Source: Candidatus Parcubacteria bacterium (GTDB lineage Bacteria; Patescibacteriota; Minisyncoccia; Phycocordibacterales; JAKFXT01). Taken from it: a stretch of 64,000 bases of DNA. The translations under genes and the position numbers were made by a program. Positions 8,381-19,403 of the stretch are shown piece after piece. The stretch spans positions 36,250-100,249 of the forward strand of contig JAIOOV010000004.1 in NCBI GenBank assembly GCA_021414235.1. The letters are read 5' to 3'. Position 1 is the first letter of the stretch. The number at the start of each line of letters is the position of its first letter. The notes below the pieces were generated by a model. The model made no database searches. It was not told the origin of the DNA and saw nothing but the letters and a program-made list of their open reading frames with translations.

Positions 8381-10315
8381 ATGCAGAGTCTATCTTCGTT
8401 AAACGAAAGACAGAAAGAAGCCGTCCTCCACACGCAGGGACCCCTCCTCATCCTCGCAGGCGCAGGTGCCGGCAAGACCAAGACAATCACTCATCGGATA
8501 CTGCGCCTCATCGAAGAAGGAGTGAACCCTTCAAGCATCTTGGCAATCACCTTCACCAACAAAGCAGCTAAAGAGATGCGCGAAAGGGTAGACAAGCTCC
8601 TCTCAGAGAGTCGCGATATCAATCTGCCGGTCAGCATCTATGAGCGCCCTTTCGTGAGCACCTTCCATGCGCTCGGCGTGCACATCATCCGCGAGAACAG
8701 CCGCCTCCTCGGGCTCCCGCGACACTTCTCCATATTCGACCGTAGCGATTCGCTCTCTGCAGTGAAGAGCGCGCTGGTTTCCGCAGGTCTCGACCCAAAA
8801 CAGTTCGAGCCAGGCAAGATCCTCTCTGGCATCTCCCGCCTCAAGGGGCAGGGGAAGAGTCTTGCTGACTTCCAGGAGCGCGAAGCTCGAGACGCACGTA
8901 GCGACATCCTTTCTGCCGCTTGGGCGGGATACGAGAAGACCCTCCAGGAAGAGAAGGCACTCGACTTCGACGATCTCTTGCTCAAGACCTTCAACCTCTT
9001 ACGCTCGCACCCTGAGGTGCTCGCGCACTACCGCAAGACCTGGACGCATGTGCACATCGATGAGTACCAGGATACCAATCGCGTGCAGTACGATACCGCC
9101 AAGCTCCTCGCAGGGGAGAGTCACAATATCTGCGCGGTGGGGGATATAGACCAGAGCATCTACAGCTGGAGAGGGGCGGATTTCAAGAACATCATGCGCT
9201 TCGAGGACGATTACCCGGAGACCAAGGTGGTGCTCCTCGAAGAGAACTACCGCTCCACCAAGACCATATTGAAAGCCGCGAATGCGGTCATCGCCAAGAA
9301 CACCCTGCGCAAGGACAAGAACCTCTTCACCTCGAACGGAGAAGGGGAGAAGATCGCCGTCTACGGCGCCTACGACGAGAACCGCGAAGCGCATTTCGTA
9401 GCTACCGCCGCAGCCAAACTAATAGCAGCGGGCAGCACCCCTGAAGAAATCGCGGTGTTGTACCGCGCCAACTTCCAATCCCGCGCACTAGAAGAAGCCT
9501 TCTTGCGAGAGAGCGTGCCATACCAAGTGCTCGGTGTGCGCTTCTTCGAACGCAAAGAAGTGAAGGACGTCCTCTCATATCTGCGCGCAGCCATGAACCC
9601 AGACGGACTAGGGGACCTCAAGCGCATCCTCAACACGCCAACGCGCGGCATCGGCAAGACTACCGCACTCAAGATATTTGAAGGAAAGGAGGAAGAGCTT
9701 CCTCCGGCGATGCGACTGAAGGTGGCTAACTTCCGCGTAGCGCTGAAGGAGATAGGGGAGAAGATACGCACCGCGACCGCTTCAGAGACCGTAGGCTTCG
9801 TTATTACACGAAGCGGACTTAAAGAATCGCTCGAAACAAAAAGCAGCGAAGACGAGGAGCGGCTCGAGAACATGTACGAATTGGTAGCGCTCGCGCAGAA
9901 GTACGATGACATGCCTGCACCCGAGGGTATAGAGAAGCTCCTCACGGAAGCCGCGCTCGCGAGCGACCAGGACGATCTCGAGAAGAAGCAGGCGGGAGTG
10001 AAGCTCATGACCGTGCATGCTTCCAAGGGACTGGAATTTGATTACGTGTTCGTGACCGGACTCGAAGAGGATCTCTTCCCGCACAAGCGAGGCTTTGATC
10101 AGAAACTTGAGGACCAGGAAGAGGAGCGGCGTCTCTTCTATGTAGCGCTCACCCGCGCTCGCAAGAAGCTCTTCCTCACCTACGCTTCCGTCCGCACAGT
10201 ATTCGGCTCCCGCGGGATCAACATGCCATCCAACTTCCTAGAAGACATAGGGGAAGAGCTCGTTGAAGCAGAGGAGGACGAGCGACCACACGGGAAAGTC
10301 ATATATCTAGAGTAA
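8381..10315 (+). CDS. pcrA: UvrD/PcrA superfamily 1 DNA helicase
   Basis: LAGAGAGKT, DEYQDTN, VGDIDQSIYSWRGA, MTVHASKGLEF, EERRLFYVALTRA. Confidence 0.96.
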   Translation: MQSLSSLNERQKEAVLHTQGPLLILAGAGAGKTKTITHRILRLIEEGVNPSSILAITFTNKAAKEMRERVDKLLSESRDINLPVSIYERPFVSTFHALGVHIIRENSRLLGLPRHFSIFDRSDSLSAVKSALVSAGLDPKQFEPGKILSGISRLKGQGKSLADFQEREARDARSDILSAAWAGYEKTLQEEKALDFDDLLLKTFNLLRSHPEVLAHYRKTWTHVHIDEYQDTNRVQYDTAKLLAGESHNICAVGDIDQSIYSWRGADFKNIMRFEDDYPETKVVLLEENYRSTKTILKAANAVIAKNTLRKDKNLFTSNGEGEKIAVYGAYDENREAHFVATAAAKLIAAGSTPEEIAVLYRANFQSRALEEAFLRESVPYQVLGVRFFERKEVKDVLSYLRAAMNPDGLGDLKRILNTPTRGIGKTTALKIFEGKEEELPPAMRLKVANFRVALKEIGEKIRTATASETVGFVITRSGLKESLETKSSEDEERLENMYELVALAQKYDDMPAPEGIEKLLTEAALASDQDDLEKKQAGVKLMTVHASKGLEFDYVFVTGLEEDLFPHKRGFDQKLEDQEEERRLFYVALTRARKKLFLTYASVRTVFGSRGINMPSNFLEDIGEELVEAEEDERPHGKVIYLE

Positions 10316-10316
10316 T

Positions 10317-11120
10317 ATGGAGAAAATGCGCGCAAAAAAGGAGCTAGGTCAGCATTTTCTCGTCGCACGGAGCGCGACAGAGGCTCTCTGTAAGGCCGCG
10401 GAACTCAAAGAAGGTGATGTGGCGCTGGAGATCGGGCCAGGTACCGGCATACTCACTGCCGAGCTCCTCAACCACGGAGCCCAGGTAGTAGCTGTAGAGA
10501 AGGATAAGGATCTCCTCCCAGGCCTCGAAGAACGCTTCAAAGAAGCTATCACCAGGAAGCAGCTCCTCCTCATTGAAGGCGATATTTCCTCTTTCGACCC
10601 TGAAACATTGGGTATTTATAAGGTTGCCGCCAATATTCCTTACTATCTCACCGGCGATATCCTGCGCCGCTTCCTCTCCGGGGAGCATCAGCCCCGCTCC
10701 ATGACCCTCATGGTGCAGAAAGAGGTAGCCGATCGAATCGTGGCAAAAGACAAGAAGGAAAGCCTCCTCTCGCTCTCGGTAAAAGCCTACGGGAACCCCT
10801 CCATCATCAAGAAAGTGCCCGCAGGGAGCTTCTCTCCACCGCCCAAAGTGGACTCCGCCATCATCCATATCGAAGAAATATCTCGGAAATCCTTCACGTC
10901 TGTCGACGAAAACTACTTTTTCAAGGTACTAAAGGCTGGTTTTGCACATAAGCGCAAGCAGCTCGGCGGGAACCTTGCAGGAATCTGCGCTCCAAAGCTA
11001 GTAGAAGAGGCCTTAGGCGCTATCGGTAAGCAAAAAACCGTGCGCGCGGAAGACCTCGCTCTCTCAGAGTGGCTCGAACTAGCAAAAAATCTTGAAGCGG
11101 TGTGTAAAACGAAGCAGTAG
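10317..11120 (+). CDS. rsmA: 16S rRNA dimethyladenosine transferase
   Basis: KKELGQHFL, EIGPGTGILT, ANIPYYLT, FSPPPKVDSA. Confidence 0.96.
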   Translation: MEKMRAKKELGQHFLVARSATEALCKAAELKEGDVALEIGPGTGILTAELLNHGAQVVAVEKDKDLLPGLEERFKEAITRKQLLLIEGDISSFDPETLGIYKVAANIPYYLTGDILRRFLSGEHQPRSMTLMVQKEVADRIVAKDKKESLLSLSVKAYGNPSIIKKVPAGSFSPPPKVDSAIIHIEEISRKSFTSVDENYFFKVLKAGFAHKRKQLGGNLAGICAPKLVEEALGAIGKQKTVRAEDLALSEWLELAKNLEAVCKTKQ

Positions 11121-11150
11121 AGAGAGATAATCTGCTATACTGTGAGGGCT

Positions 11151-12050
11151 ATGGAGCCCTACGCTCGCTATCTTCCGAGTAGAACTTTTACGTATATGGC
11201 AGGGTCCGTAGGACTCGCGCTGCTGCTCGTTCTCGGTGCAAGTTTCCTCTCCAAGGAACCGAGGAAGGGGAGCCTCATCGGCACTTCCGGAAACAACAGC
11301 GAAACCTCCGTCAACCTCACCGCCCTCATCAAAGAACGTATCGCCGCCCAAAAGGCGGAAGCCCCTTCGGAAGATTGGCAGAAGGAATTCAACTCCATCA
11401 CCTCCAAGCCCCTCAATCCGGCAACCGATCTGGCCTCAAGCACCCTCACTGATCTTCTCGCCAGGAGCCTCTTCACCCAATTTACCGCAGCCCAGAACGG
11501 AGGAGGGCTCGACGCAGCTGCTCAGCAGAGAGTCATCGACGAGACCCTCGGCAAGATAAACCTCCGATTTACTATCTACACGGAAAAAGATATCCGCATA
11601 GGCTCTGAGAATACCGCAGCACTCAGAGGGTACGGCAACGCACTGGGTCAGCTTATCCGCGACAACTCGAGCACAGACACGAACGAAGCAGTGGTGCTCT
11701 CCCAGGCGCTAGCTCAGAATAATCCCCGGGGACTCCAGGGAATCTCGCCTATAGCAACCTCTTATCACAATCTCCTTTCTGCGGCCCTGCGCCTCTCAGT
11801 ACCGCCTTCGGCGGTGAAGGCACACCTCTCTCTCGTCAACAGCTTGAGCGCGATAGGGGACAGCGTGGACGCGATGATGGTGGCCTTTCAGGATCCGGTT
11901 CGTACAGTCCTGTACATAAACAAATATGAAGAGAACGTACAGGCTCTCTCCAACTCCTTCGTACAGATCGCGTCCCTCCTTAAGAGTTCCGGCGTCGTCT
12001 TCTCAAGTAACGAATCCGGCTCGATCGTGATGTCTATGGGAAGCAAGTAA
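11151..12050 (+). CDS. Hypothetical membrane-anchored protein, first gene of T4SS-like cluster
   Basis: N-terminal TM, helical extracytoplasmic region; 1 nt gap to next gene. Confidence 0.75.
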   Translation: MEPYARYLPSRTFTYMAGSVGLALLLVLGASFLSKEPRKGSLIGTSGNNSETSVNLTALIKERIAAQKAEAPSEDWQKEFNSITSKPLNPATDLASSTLTDLLARSLFTQFTAAQNGGGLDAAAQQRVIDETLGKINLRFTIYTEKDIRIGSENTAALRGYGNALGQLIRDNSSTDTNEAVVLSQALAQNNPRGLQGISPIATSYHNLLSAALRLSVPPSAVKAHLSLVNSLSAIGDSVDAMMVAFQDPVRTVLYINKYEENVQALSNSFVQIASLLKSSGVVFSSNESGSIVMSMGSK

Positions 12051-12051
12051 T

Positions 12052-13617
12052 ATGTTCTGGAATACCCTTAAGAAAAGCCTCCTCTCCACGCTCATCATCC
12101 TTACTTTCTTCATGGGAGGCTTTGCCGCGATGCCTCAGAAAGCTGAAGCAGCCCTCGGATTCGGCGACATCGTCTTCGACCCTACGAACTTCGTTGAGAA
12201 CACGATAACAGCAGTAAAAACCGCATACCTTGCCTTCAAGGAAGCAGTGTTGGATCCGATCGGCTGGCATCTCTCCACCATGATCATCCAGGCGATCACC
12301 GCCGCTATCGTGGATTGGATAAACAGCGGTTTCCAAGGAAGCCCTGCCTTCGTGCAGAATCTGCAGGAGGAATTCACGCGAGTAGCTAACCTTGAATTCG
12401 AGAAGTTCTTGCGAAGCAACGATCTCGAGTTCATGTGTTACCCGCAGAGCATCCGTCTCTCTCTTCTGCTCGGCTATCGCGGCAACCAATTCCGTAAGCA
12501 GGCGCAATGTACCATCACCGGAGTCGTCTCGAACCTCCAGGGCTTCATGAGCGGGAATTGGTCCCAGGGAGGCCTCGCAGGATTCCTCTCCCTCTCGAGA
12601 GCGGAGAATAATCCCTACACCGCGACAGTCATGGCGGAAACGGAGCTTGCCCGACGCATAGCAGCTAAGGTAGGCATAGAAGACAAGAAGCTCCAGGCAG
12701 GCAGGCTCTTCAAGAGCTTCGAGGTGTGCGAAACTCTGGATGTTAGGGATGATTGTCCCGACGGAGGAGAAGCCTGCCCTGCACGGCAAGAGAATGTCTG
12801 CCGCATAGGCACCCCGGGAGACGTGATCGCTACTCAGCTCAACAAAGCGCTCGCGCTCGGAGAAGACAAGCTAGTCATCGCCCAGTCCTTCGATCAAATC
12901 GTTTCCGCACTCCTCGCTCAACTTGCGCGCATGGCACTCACTGGCTCCGGCGGTCTCTACGGGCTCTCGAATGGCTCTTACAACGGCGGTACTCCCTACA
13001 CCAACCAGCTCGCTACCGGCAGCTCCTCCTCTGGGGGTGCCCAAGGCAACCTTCTTGGCGCGATAGAGACGAGCATCCGAGACGAAGGGGAATACCGCGA
13101 CCAGAAAGCGGCAACCCTAAACCTCTACGGAGCTCCTATGGGTATGGAGGGGAAGGCCCTGGATATCATCGCCTGCTACAACGGAAAGATAAATTCACGG
13201 ACAGCTTCGCTTAGCAGCAACGACATCCAAACAGCGCGCACTCGCATCACGGCCGCCTCCTCCACACTTACCAATATCATTCTCCCTAAAAAGGTCCCGT
13301 TTGCGACAAGGGTAGCGAGCAGCACCGAGATCATCTCGGCCTTCTCCGTACTGAAGAATAAAATTACGTCCACGACCTCGGTACAGGCCTACTCAGGTTA
13401 CGCGAGTGAGTATTCCTCACTCGTTTCCTCGGCCCACACCCGAAGCGACCTTGTCGAAGCAGAACGAGAGTTCACTACCGAGTCTGAAAACCTCTACGAC
13501 GCGACCAATAGCCGCCCCGGAGACCCTCTCAACGGCCTCAGTATCAAACTTGAAGATCAGCTGGCCCAGTGCCGCGCCTTCCCTCAGGGCGAAAGCGGAG
13601 GAGGCGGACCAAACTAA
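12052..13617 (+). CDS. Secreted protein with TrbJ/VirB5-like N-terminus
   Basis: Signal peptide ending AEA; IVFDPTNFVENTITA resembles the TrbJ N-terminal motif; directly upstream of VirB6-like gene. Confidence 0.55.
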   Translation: MFWNTLKKSLLSTLIILTFFMGGFAAMPQKAEAALGFGDIVFDPTNFVENTITAVKTAYLAFKEAVLDPIGWHLSTMIIQAITAAIVDWINSGFQGSPAFVQNLQEEFTRVANLEFEKFLRSNDLEFMCYPQSIRLSLLLGYRGNQFRKQAQCTITGVVSNLQGFMSGNWSQGGLAGFLSLSRAENNPYTATVMAETELARRIAAKVGIEDKKLQAGRLFKSFEVCETLDVRDDCPDGGEACPARQENVCRIGTPGDVIATQLNKALALGEDKLVIAQSFDQIVSALLAQLARMALTGSGGLYGLSNGSYNGGTPYTNQLATGSSSSGGAQGNLLGAIETSIRDEGEYRDQKAATLNLYGAPMGMEGKALDIIACYNGKINSRTASLSSNDIQTARTRITAASSTLTNIILPKKVPFATRVASSTEIISAFSVLKNKITSTTSVQAYSGYASEYSSLVSSAHTRSDLVEAEREFTTESENLYDATNSRPGDPLNGLSIKLEDQLAQCRAFPQGESGGGGPN

Positions 13618-13619
13618 GA

Positions 13620-15734
13620 ATGTCTTTCCTTAAGTACATAGAAAACTTGGTGAGAAGAAGAGGTTTCCTCCTCGGAGCCTGCCTCGTCGCGGTCCTTTTA
13701 CTCGTTCCTACCAAAATGGCGCATGCCGGTCTCTTAACGTGGATAGGGGACAAGACAGCAGGAGCGATCATTTACGGCGTCACCTGGTTGTTTATGCAGC
13801 TCGGAATCGTGCTGATGAGCGCGAGCGCTTACCTTCTAGACCTCTCCATCCGAGTCAGCCTGGGGATAGGAGACATCTCCTTCATCACCAGAGGATCCCT
13901 CTTTACCAACGAAGGAGTGATCGCCGGCTGGACCGTACTTCGAGACATCTCCAACATAGGCTTCATCTTCGCCCTGGTGTACATAGCCGTACGAACCATC
14001 TTAGGCATCGCCGATTCCGGAGCGCTCCAGAAACAAGTGGTGGCAGTGATCATAGGAGCGATGCTCATCAACTTCAGCGCATTCATCACCCTCGTGGTCA
14101 TCGACGCAGGAAACGGCCTTGCCACCGTTGCCTACAATCAGATCACCCGGACAGGCTCTTCGGCTGCCGGACCCTCGCCCCAGGACTCTGGCCTTATTTC
14201 CGATGCCTTTTTGCAATACCTAAGACCTCAGACCCTTATCGCGAGCAACGTCACCTCCGCCACAAGCAATATCGACGACGGGATCGTATTCTTGCTCACC
14301 GGCACGCTTTTCCTTTTTGCCGCTTACGTACTTCTGGAAGCTTCCTTCATCTTCATCGTCCGCACCGTGCGCTTGATGTTCTCCATCGTCGTCGCCCCCC
14401 TCATGTTCGTCGCATACGCCATACCAGGGCTTCAGGGGAACCTTAAAAAGTGGTTCGAGGAGCTGCTCGGCTACTCCATGGTGGCACCTGCGTATATGTT
14501 CGCTATCCTCTTCATCCTCCTCCTCATTAAAAACCTGACAGGCAATGCCACTATCGCAAGCGGAGTGAACGGCCTCGGATCGATAGGGAACGGGGGAGAT
14601 TTCTCTGTTATCAAAACAGTCTTCCTCTACATACTGATATTGATCCTGATGAATCGCTGCTTGGCATTCGCCCGTAGCGCCTCCAAAGAGATATCCGAAG
14701 TAGCCACCTCATGGGCCGGTACGACGCTCGGCCTCGCCGTCGGCGGCGTTGCGGGACTTGGACGCATGACGGTCGGCCGAGCCGCGAGCAAGCTGGCGAC
14801 AAGCGAAGGTCTGAAGAACTACGCCGCGAGAAGCGTGATAGGGTCGGGAGCGCTTCGAGCCACTAAATATACTGCGGGAAGCAGTTTTGATGTGAGAAAG
14901 ACGGCGACCCTGCAGAAGGGAGCCAAGGCGATCGGGGCCGACCTCGGCAAGGCCGGGGGAGAAGGGGGGTACGACAAGATACTCAAGACTCAAGTTGAGG
15001 CTCGCGAGAAATTTGCCAAGGACTATCTTGGAACAAATAAGAAAGCGATTGTAGACAAAGAAAAGGAAATTAAGGACAAGATCTCCGATACAGGCGCGGA
15101 TATTACTTCGAAGCAAGGAGAGATCGACATTCAGGTCACAAAAACCACAGAGGCAGCCGAGAAGAAGAGGCGGGCTGAGGGAGCTCTCCTCGCAGTTTCG
15201 CTAGAGAGAGACGGAATGGTTGAAGGGGGAGCGACAGTTACCCCAGAAAAAGAGGCTGAGTTCAAGGCAAGAGAAGCAGCAGCGAAACAAGAAGTTGAAA
15301 GATACACCCAAGAGAGCCAGGAAGCCGAGGCCGCCGAGAAAGTCCTTAGAGACCAGCTTGCCGCGCTCGAGGCAACCAAGACCAACCTCGAGGAGAATAT
15401 AGAGCAGGAGAAGAAAAAAGCTGGTAACTCACGTCAGGAAGCTTACGCAAAACGGATCAGTTCTACCGATGAAAAGGGGAACAGGGTCGTCACGGCTAAC
15501 CCTCTCACATGGATTGCCGGTCGCAAGAACAAGGAGGCAGCCGAGAAGATACGTAAGAGCTTCAAGGAAGACAAGCAAAAGAGGCTTAAAGATGCTCTGA
15601 AAGAAGCCTTCCCCGACGAGACAGGGAAGGATAAAGGCAAGGAAGAAAAGAAGGCAGAAGAAAAGAAAGGAGGAGAGAAAAAAGCTGCAAATGACGACCA
15701 TAAGGAAGAGCCGCACGCAGAGGCCGCCCATTAA
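13620..15734 (+). CDS. TrbL/VirB6-like polytopic membrane protein with C-terminal coiled coil
   Basis: Many TM segments, GWTVLRDISNI...LINFS...VIDAGN pattern, Gly/Ala-rich segment then charged tail; start set to ATG 13620. Confidence 0.7.
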   Translation: MSFLKYIENLVRRRGFLLGACLVAVLLLVPTKMAHAGLLTWIGDKTAGAIIYGVTWLFMQLGIVLMSASAYLLDLSIRVSLGIGDISFITRGSLFTNEGVIAGWTVLRDISNIGFIFALVYIAVRTILGIADSGALQKQVVAVIIGAMLINFSAFITLVVIDAGNGLATVAYNQITRTGSSAAGPSPQDSGLISDAFLQYLRPQTLIASNVTSATSNIDDGIVFLLTGTLFLFAAYVLLEASFIFIVRTVRLMFSIVVAPLMFVAYAIPGLQGNLKKWFEELLGYSMVAPAYMFAILFILLLIKNLTGNATIASGVNGLGSIGNGGDFSVIKTVFLYILILILMNRCLAFARSASKEISEVATSWAGTTLGLAVGGVAGLGRMTVGRAASKLATSEGLKNYAARSVIGSGALRATKYTAGSSFDVRKTATLQKGAKAIGADLGKAGGEGGYDKILKTQVEAREKFAKDYLGTNKKAIVDKEKEIKDKISDTGADITSKQGEIDIQVTKTTEAAEKKRRAEGALLAVSLERDGMVEGGATVTPEKEAEFKAREAAAKQEVERYTQESQEAEAAEKVLRDQLAALEATKTNLEENIEQEKKKAGNSRQEAYAKRISSTDEKGNRVVTANPLTWIAGRKNKEAAEKIRKSFKEDKQKRLKDALKEAFPDETGKDKGKEEKKAEEKKGGEKKAANDDHKEEPHAEAAH

Positions 15735-15737
15735 GCC

Positions 15738-16463
15738 ATGGATCAGGAAACCATAAACATCCTAAAAGAGAATTTCGACAAGCTTCCGAAGCTGGTCCAA
15801 GACGCTATCCTCGGAGCGGATGTCTCGGAAGCGGTGCAAGCGATAGGGAAAAAGCGAGCTCTCCTGCTCGACCAGGTAGGGAACCTGGAAACAGAGGTCA
15901 TGCTTCTGCTCGTTGGGCTCGCCGACTCCGAAGAGTTCCCGGATAACTTGGAAAAGAACTTGGGCGTGGATTCTTTCGTAGCGCAAGACATAGTGACAGA
16001 CGTCAACGAGCTGATCCTTGAACCGATCAAGGCGCGGATGATCGAGGATACAACTGAGGCAGAAGACGAGGGAATCATCACCCGCGATAGTCTCTTACGA
16101 GAAATCGAGAACCCCTCACCCTCTCGTTTCAGACTGGAACCTTCACAAAATTTTTCTCTTGCGGAAACCCACAACTCCAAAGTATTGGGTCGTTCCGAAG
16201 AGAACGTGAAGCCCGCAGAACCAAGAGTGGGGGAGATAGCGGCTCTTCCACTCACTATCGACCCCTCACACGAGCTAGCCGCTCCCGCCGCTGCGCCCGT
16301 CGTAACAGAGCCCCCGGTAATTCCGGTCATCGCGCCTGTCCCGCCGATTACCCCGCCGGCATCACCCATCACCCAAGCACCAAGAACGATTACCGAGATA
16401 CGGCCGGAACCCAAGCCCGAGACCCGACGCTCTGTGGATCCATACAGAGAACCTATAGAATAG
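15738..16463 (+). CDS. Conserved hypothetical cytoplasmic protein of CPR T4SS-like cluster
   Basis: Acidic N-domain, Pro-rich linker, C-terminal DPYREPIE. Confidence 0.75.
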   Translation: MDQETINILKENFDKLPKLVQDAILGADVSEAVQAIGKKRALLLDQVGNLETEVMLLLVGLADSEEFPDNLEKNLGVDSFVAQDIVTDVNELILEPIKARMIEDTTEAEDEGIITRDSLLREIENPSPSRFRLEPSQNFSLAETHNSKVLGRSEENVKPAEPRVGEIAALPLTIDPSHELAAPAAAPVVTEPPVIPVIAPVPPITPPASPITQAPRTITEIRPEPKPETRRSVDPYREPIE

Positions 16464-16474
16464 GAGGATAGACT

Positions 16475-16900
16475 ATGCAATTCCAAGTACCCCAATTCAT
16501 CGAAGTAGAAGATAAGATCATCGGACCTTTCACTTTCCGGCAGTTCCTCTACCTCGCCGGTGGAATAGGCCTCTCTGTAGTGGCCTACCGGCTCCTGCCT
16601 GTCTATATCGCAGCCCTTATAATCCTGCCCATCGTAGCCCTCGCCCTCGCTCTCGCTTTCTATAAGGTAAACGAAAAGCCCTTCATCGAGATAATGGAGG
16701 CGGCTTTCGGGTACGCCACTAAAGGGAAGCTCTATCTTTGGAAAAAGCAGCTGCCCAAACCAGCAGAGGTCGCTGCAAAAATCACGAGCGAGCCTGTGAT
16801 GGGACCTAAGCTCTCCGAAAGCAAGCTGAAGGAGCTCGCCTGGAGCCTAGATGTGAATGAGAAGCTCTCCCGTCAATCAAACACACCTCAAGAACGCTAG
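16475..16900 (+). CDS. PrgI family (VirB3-like) protein
   Basis: MQFQVPQFIEVEDKIIGPFTFRQF followed by two TMs. Confidence 0.88.
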   Translation: MQFQVPQFIEVEDKIIGPFTFRQFLYLAGGIGLSVVAYRLLPVYIAALIILPIVALALALAFYKVNEKPFIEIMEAAFGYATKGKLYLWKKQLPKPAEVAAKITSEPVMGPKLSESKLKELAWSLDVNEKLSRQSNTPQER

Positions 16901-16957
16901 TTTCGGGGGAAAACACGAAGAAAGAGAGGGGAGGGAGTGCTACAATAGTACTAATGT

Positions 16958-17587
16958 ATGCCTAGCTCTCAAGCTACTCAGGATTTCGTACCGATAAGAG
17001 AGGTGAGGGACGGCATCGTCGTCCTCAAAGACGGATCTCTGCGCGCCGTCCTGCTCACCTCCTCCCTCAACTTCTCGCTCAAATCCGAAGACGAGCAGAA
17101 GGCTCTCATCCTGCAGTTCCAGAATTTCCTCAATTCCCTGGAGTTCAGCGTCCAGATATTCATCCAGTCCCGCAAGCTCGATATCCGTCCCTACATAGCC
17201 CTTCTCGAAGAGCGCTACGCGGCACAAACAGGAGAGCTCCTTAAGATACAGACCCGGGAATACATAGAATTCATCAAGAATTTCACGGAATCGAGTAACA
17301 TCATGACCAAGAACTTCTTCGTGGTGGTACCTTATAACCCAGCGATCATAAGTTCTCCAGGTGGAATCGGCGGCTTCTTTAAGAAGAGCGGGACGAACGC
17401 GAAGAGCGACGCAGTGGCTCAATTTGAAGAGAACCGCTCTCAGCTTGAGCAACGTATTGGCGTCGTCGTCCAAGGACTCTCTCGTATCGGCGTGCGGGTG
17501 GCCCAGCTCGGCACGGAAGAGGCCATAGAACTCCTCTATAAGATGTTTAACCCAGGGGAGTTGGAGAAGCCGATAAAGATATCCTGA
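16958..17587 (+). CDS. VirB4-associated protein (TraC/PrgI-C-terminal-like)
   Basis: IRDG-type start, LNFSLKSEDEQ...FQNFLNSL; lies between PrgI and VirB4. Confidence 0.7.
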   Translation: MPSSQATQDFVPIREVRDGIVVLKDGSLRAVLLTSSLNFSLKSEDEQKALILQFQNFLNSLEFSVQIFIQSRKLDIRPYIALLEERYAAQTGELLKIQTREYIEFIKNFTESSNIMTKNFFVVVPYNPAIISSPGGIGGFFKKSGTNAKSDAVAQFEENRSQLEQRIGVVVQGLSRIGVRVAQLGTEEAIELLYKMFNPGELEKPIKIS

Positions 17588-17588
17588 T

Positions 17589-19403
17589 ATGGCACTTTTT
17601 GATTTTTTAAGCTCTAAAAAGAAGGAGGAGGATGCACTCACCGCCATCCTTCCTAAGGAGATATACCAATCCGGCGTCCTGGAACTGAAAGACGTCATCG
17701 CCCCCTCCGCGCTCAAAGTGAGCCCTCGCAGTCTCAATCTGGGGGACAAAATCGTGCGAAGCTTCTTCGTCATCTCCTACCCCCGCTTCCTTTCAGAAAG
17801 CTGGTTCGCCCCGGTCATCAACTTGGACAAGGTCTTTGACGTCTCTATCTTCGTCCACCCCATCGATACCGCCAAGGTGCTCCGCCAGTTCCAGAAGAAG
17901 GTGGCTGAAGTAGAGAGCCAGATCAATACGCGCCAAGAGAGGGGACTCGTACGCGACCCCGTCCTCGATACCGCCTACCAAGACCTGGAGAACCTGCGTG
18001 ACTCCCTCCAGCAGGCGCAGGAGAAGCTCTTCGACGTCGGCCTCTACATCTCTGTCTACGGAGATTCGGAGACTGAGCTCGACAAGGCGGAGAACGAGAT
18101 AAAATCCATCCTCGAATCCAAGCTCGTTTATGTGAAGCCGGCGCTCTTCCAGCAGGAACAGGGCTTCAAGAGTATCCTGCCGATCGGCACGGACGAGCTT
18201 AATGTGCACAGCAAGCTCAATTCTTCGCCGCTCTCAAGCCTTTTCCCATTCATCTCTTTCGACCTCACCTCCGACAAGGGCATTCTCTACGGCGTGAACC
18301 GCCAAAACTCGAGCCTGGTGCTCTTCGACCGCTTCTCACTCGAGAACTACAATTCCATCACCTTCGCAAAGTCCGGAAGCGGCAAATCCTACGCTACCAA
18401 GCTCGAAATCCTGCGCAGCCTCATGTTCGACACAGAGGTCATCGTCATCGACCCGGAGAAGGAGTACGAATATCTCGCAGACGCCGTCGGCGGTCGCTAC
18501 TTCAATATCTCACTCACCTCCGACCACCACATAAACCCCTTCGACCTGCCGATGCCGGGGGAAGACGAATCGCCCTCGGACGTGCTTCGCTCCAACACCG
18601 TGAACCTCGTCGGACTCTTCCGCATCATGCTCGGAGGACTCACCCCGGAGGAGGACGCCATCATCGATCGCGCCATCACCGAGACCTATGCGCTCAAGGA
18701 TATAAGCCCGGATTCAAATTTCGCCAATATCGAGCCGCCCCTCATGTCCGACTTCGAGATGGTGCTCTCCGGCATGGAAGGAGGGGACTCGCTCGCACAG
18801 CGTCTCTCCAAATACACTCGTGGCACCTGGGCGGGGTTCATCAACAGTCCTACCAACGTTGATATCAACAAGAAATTCGTAGTCTTCTCCGTGCGCGACA
18901 TGGAAGATGAGCTCAAGCCGGTGGCCATGTATCTCATCACGCACTATATCTGGAACGCGGTGCGCAAGAACATCAAGAAGCGCCTCTTGGTGATGGATGA
19001 GGCGTGGTGGATGATGAAATCGGAAGATACGGCTTCCTTCCTCTATAGCCTGGCGAAGCGTGGGCGCAAATACTACCTAGGGCTTGCCACCATCACCCAG
19101 GACGTAAGCGATTTCTTGAAATCGCCGTACGGGCTCCCCATCATCACCAACTCCTCCATTCAGCTTCTGCTCAAGCAGTCGCCCTCTTCGATCGACGAGG
19201 TACAGAGGACCTTCAACCTCACCGATGAGGAGAAGTATCTTCTTCTCGAGTCCGACGTGGGGGAGGGGATATTCTTCGCGGGGTTGAAACACGTAGCCAT
19301 CAAAGTGATCGCCTCTTATACCGAGGACCAGATCATCACCTCCGACCCTTCTCAACTCCTCGCCATCAAGAAAGCCAAGACGGAGCTCTCCTTAAAGCAA
19401 TGA
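17589..19403 (+). CDS. virB4: VirB4-like T4SS ATPase
   Basis: Walker A AKSGSGKS, VIDPEKEY, INPFD, Walker B LLVMDEAW, KRGRKY, ITQDV. Confidence 0.9.
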   Translation: MALFDFLSSKKKEEDALTAILPKEIYQSGVLELKDVIAPSALKVSPRSLNLGDKIVRSFFVISYPRFLSESWFAPVINLDKVFDVSIFVHPIDTAKVLRQFQKKVAEVESQINTRQERGLVRDPVLDTAYQDLENLRDSLQQAQEKLFDVGLYISVYGDSETELDKAENEIKSILESKLVYVKPALFQQEQGFKSILPIGTDELNVHSKLNSSPLSSLFPFISFDLTSDKGILYGVNRQNSSLVLFDRFSLENYNSITFAKSGSGKSYATKLEILRSLMFDTEVIVIDPEKEYEYLADAVGGRYFNISLTSDHHINPFDLPMPGEDESPSDVLRSNTVNLVGLFRIMLGGLTPEEDAIIDRAITETYALKDISPDSNFANIEPPLMSDFEMVLSGMEGGDSLAQRLSKYTRGTWAGFINSPTNVDINKKFVVFSVRDMEDELKPVAMYLITHYIWNAVRKNIKKRLLVMDEAWWMMKSEDTASFLYSLAKRGRKYYLGLATITQDVSDFLKSPYGLPIITNSSIQLLLKQSPSSIDEVQRTFNLTDEEKYLLLESDVGEGIFFAGLKHVAIKVIASYTEDQIITSDPSQLLAIKKAKTELSLKQ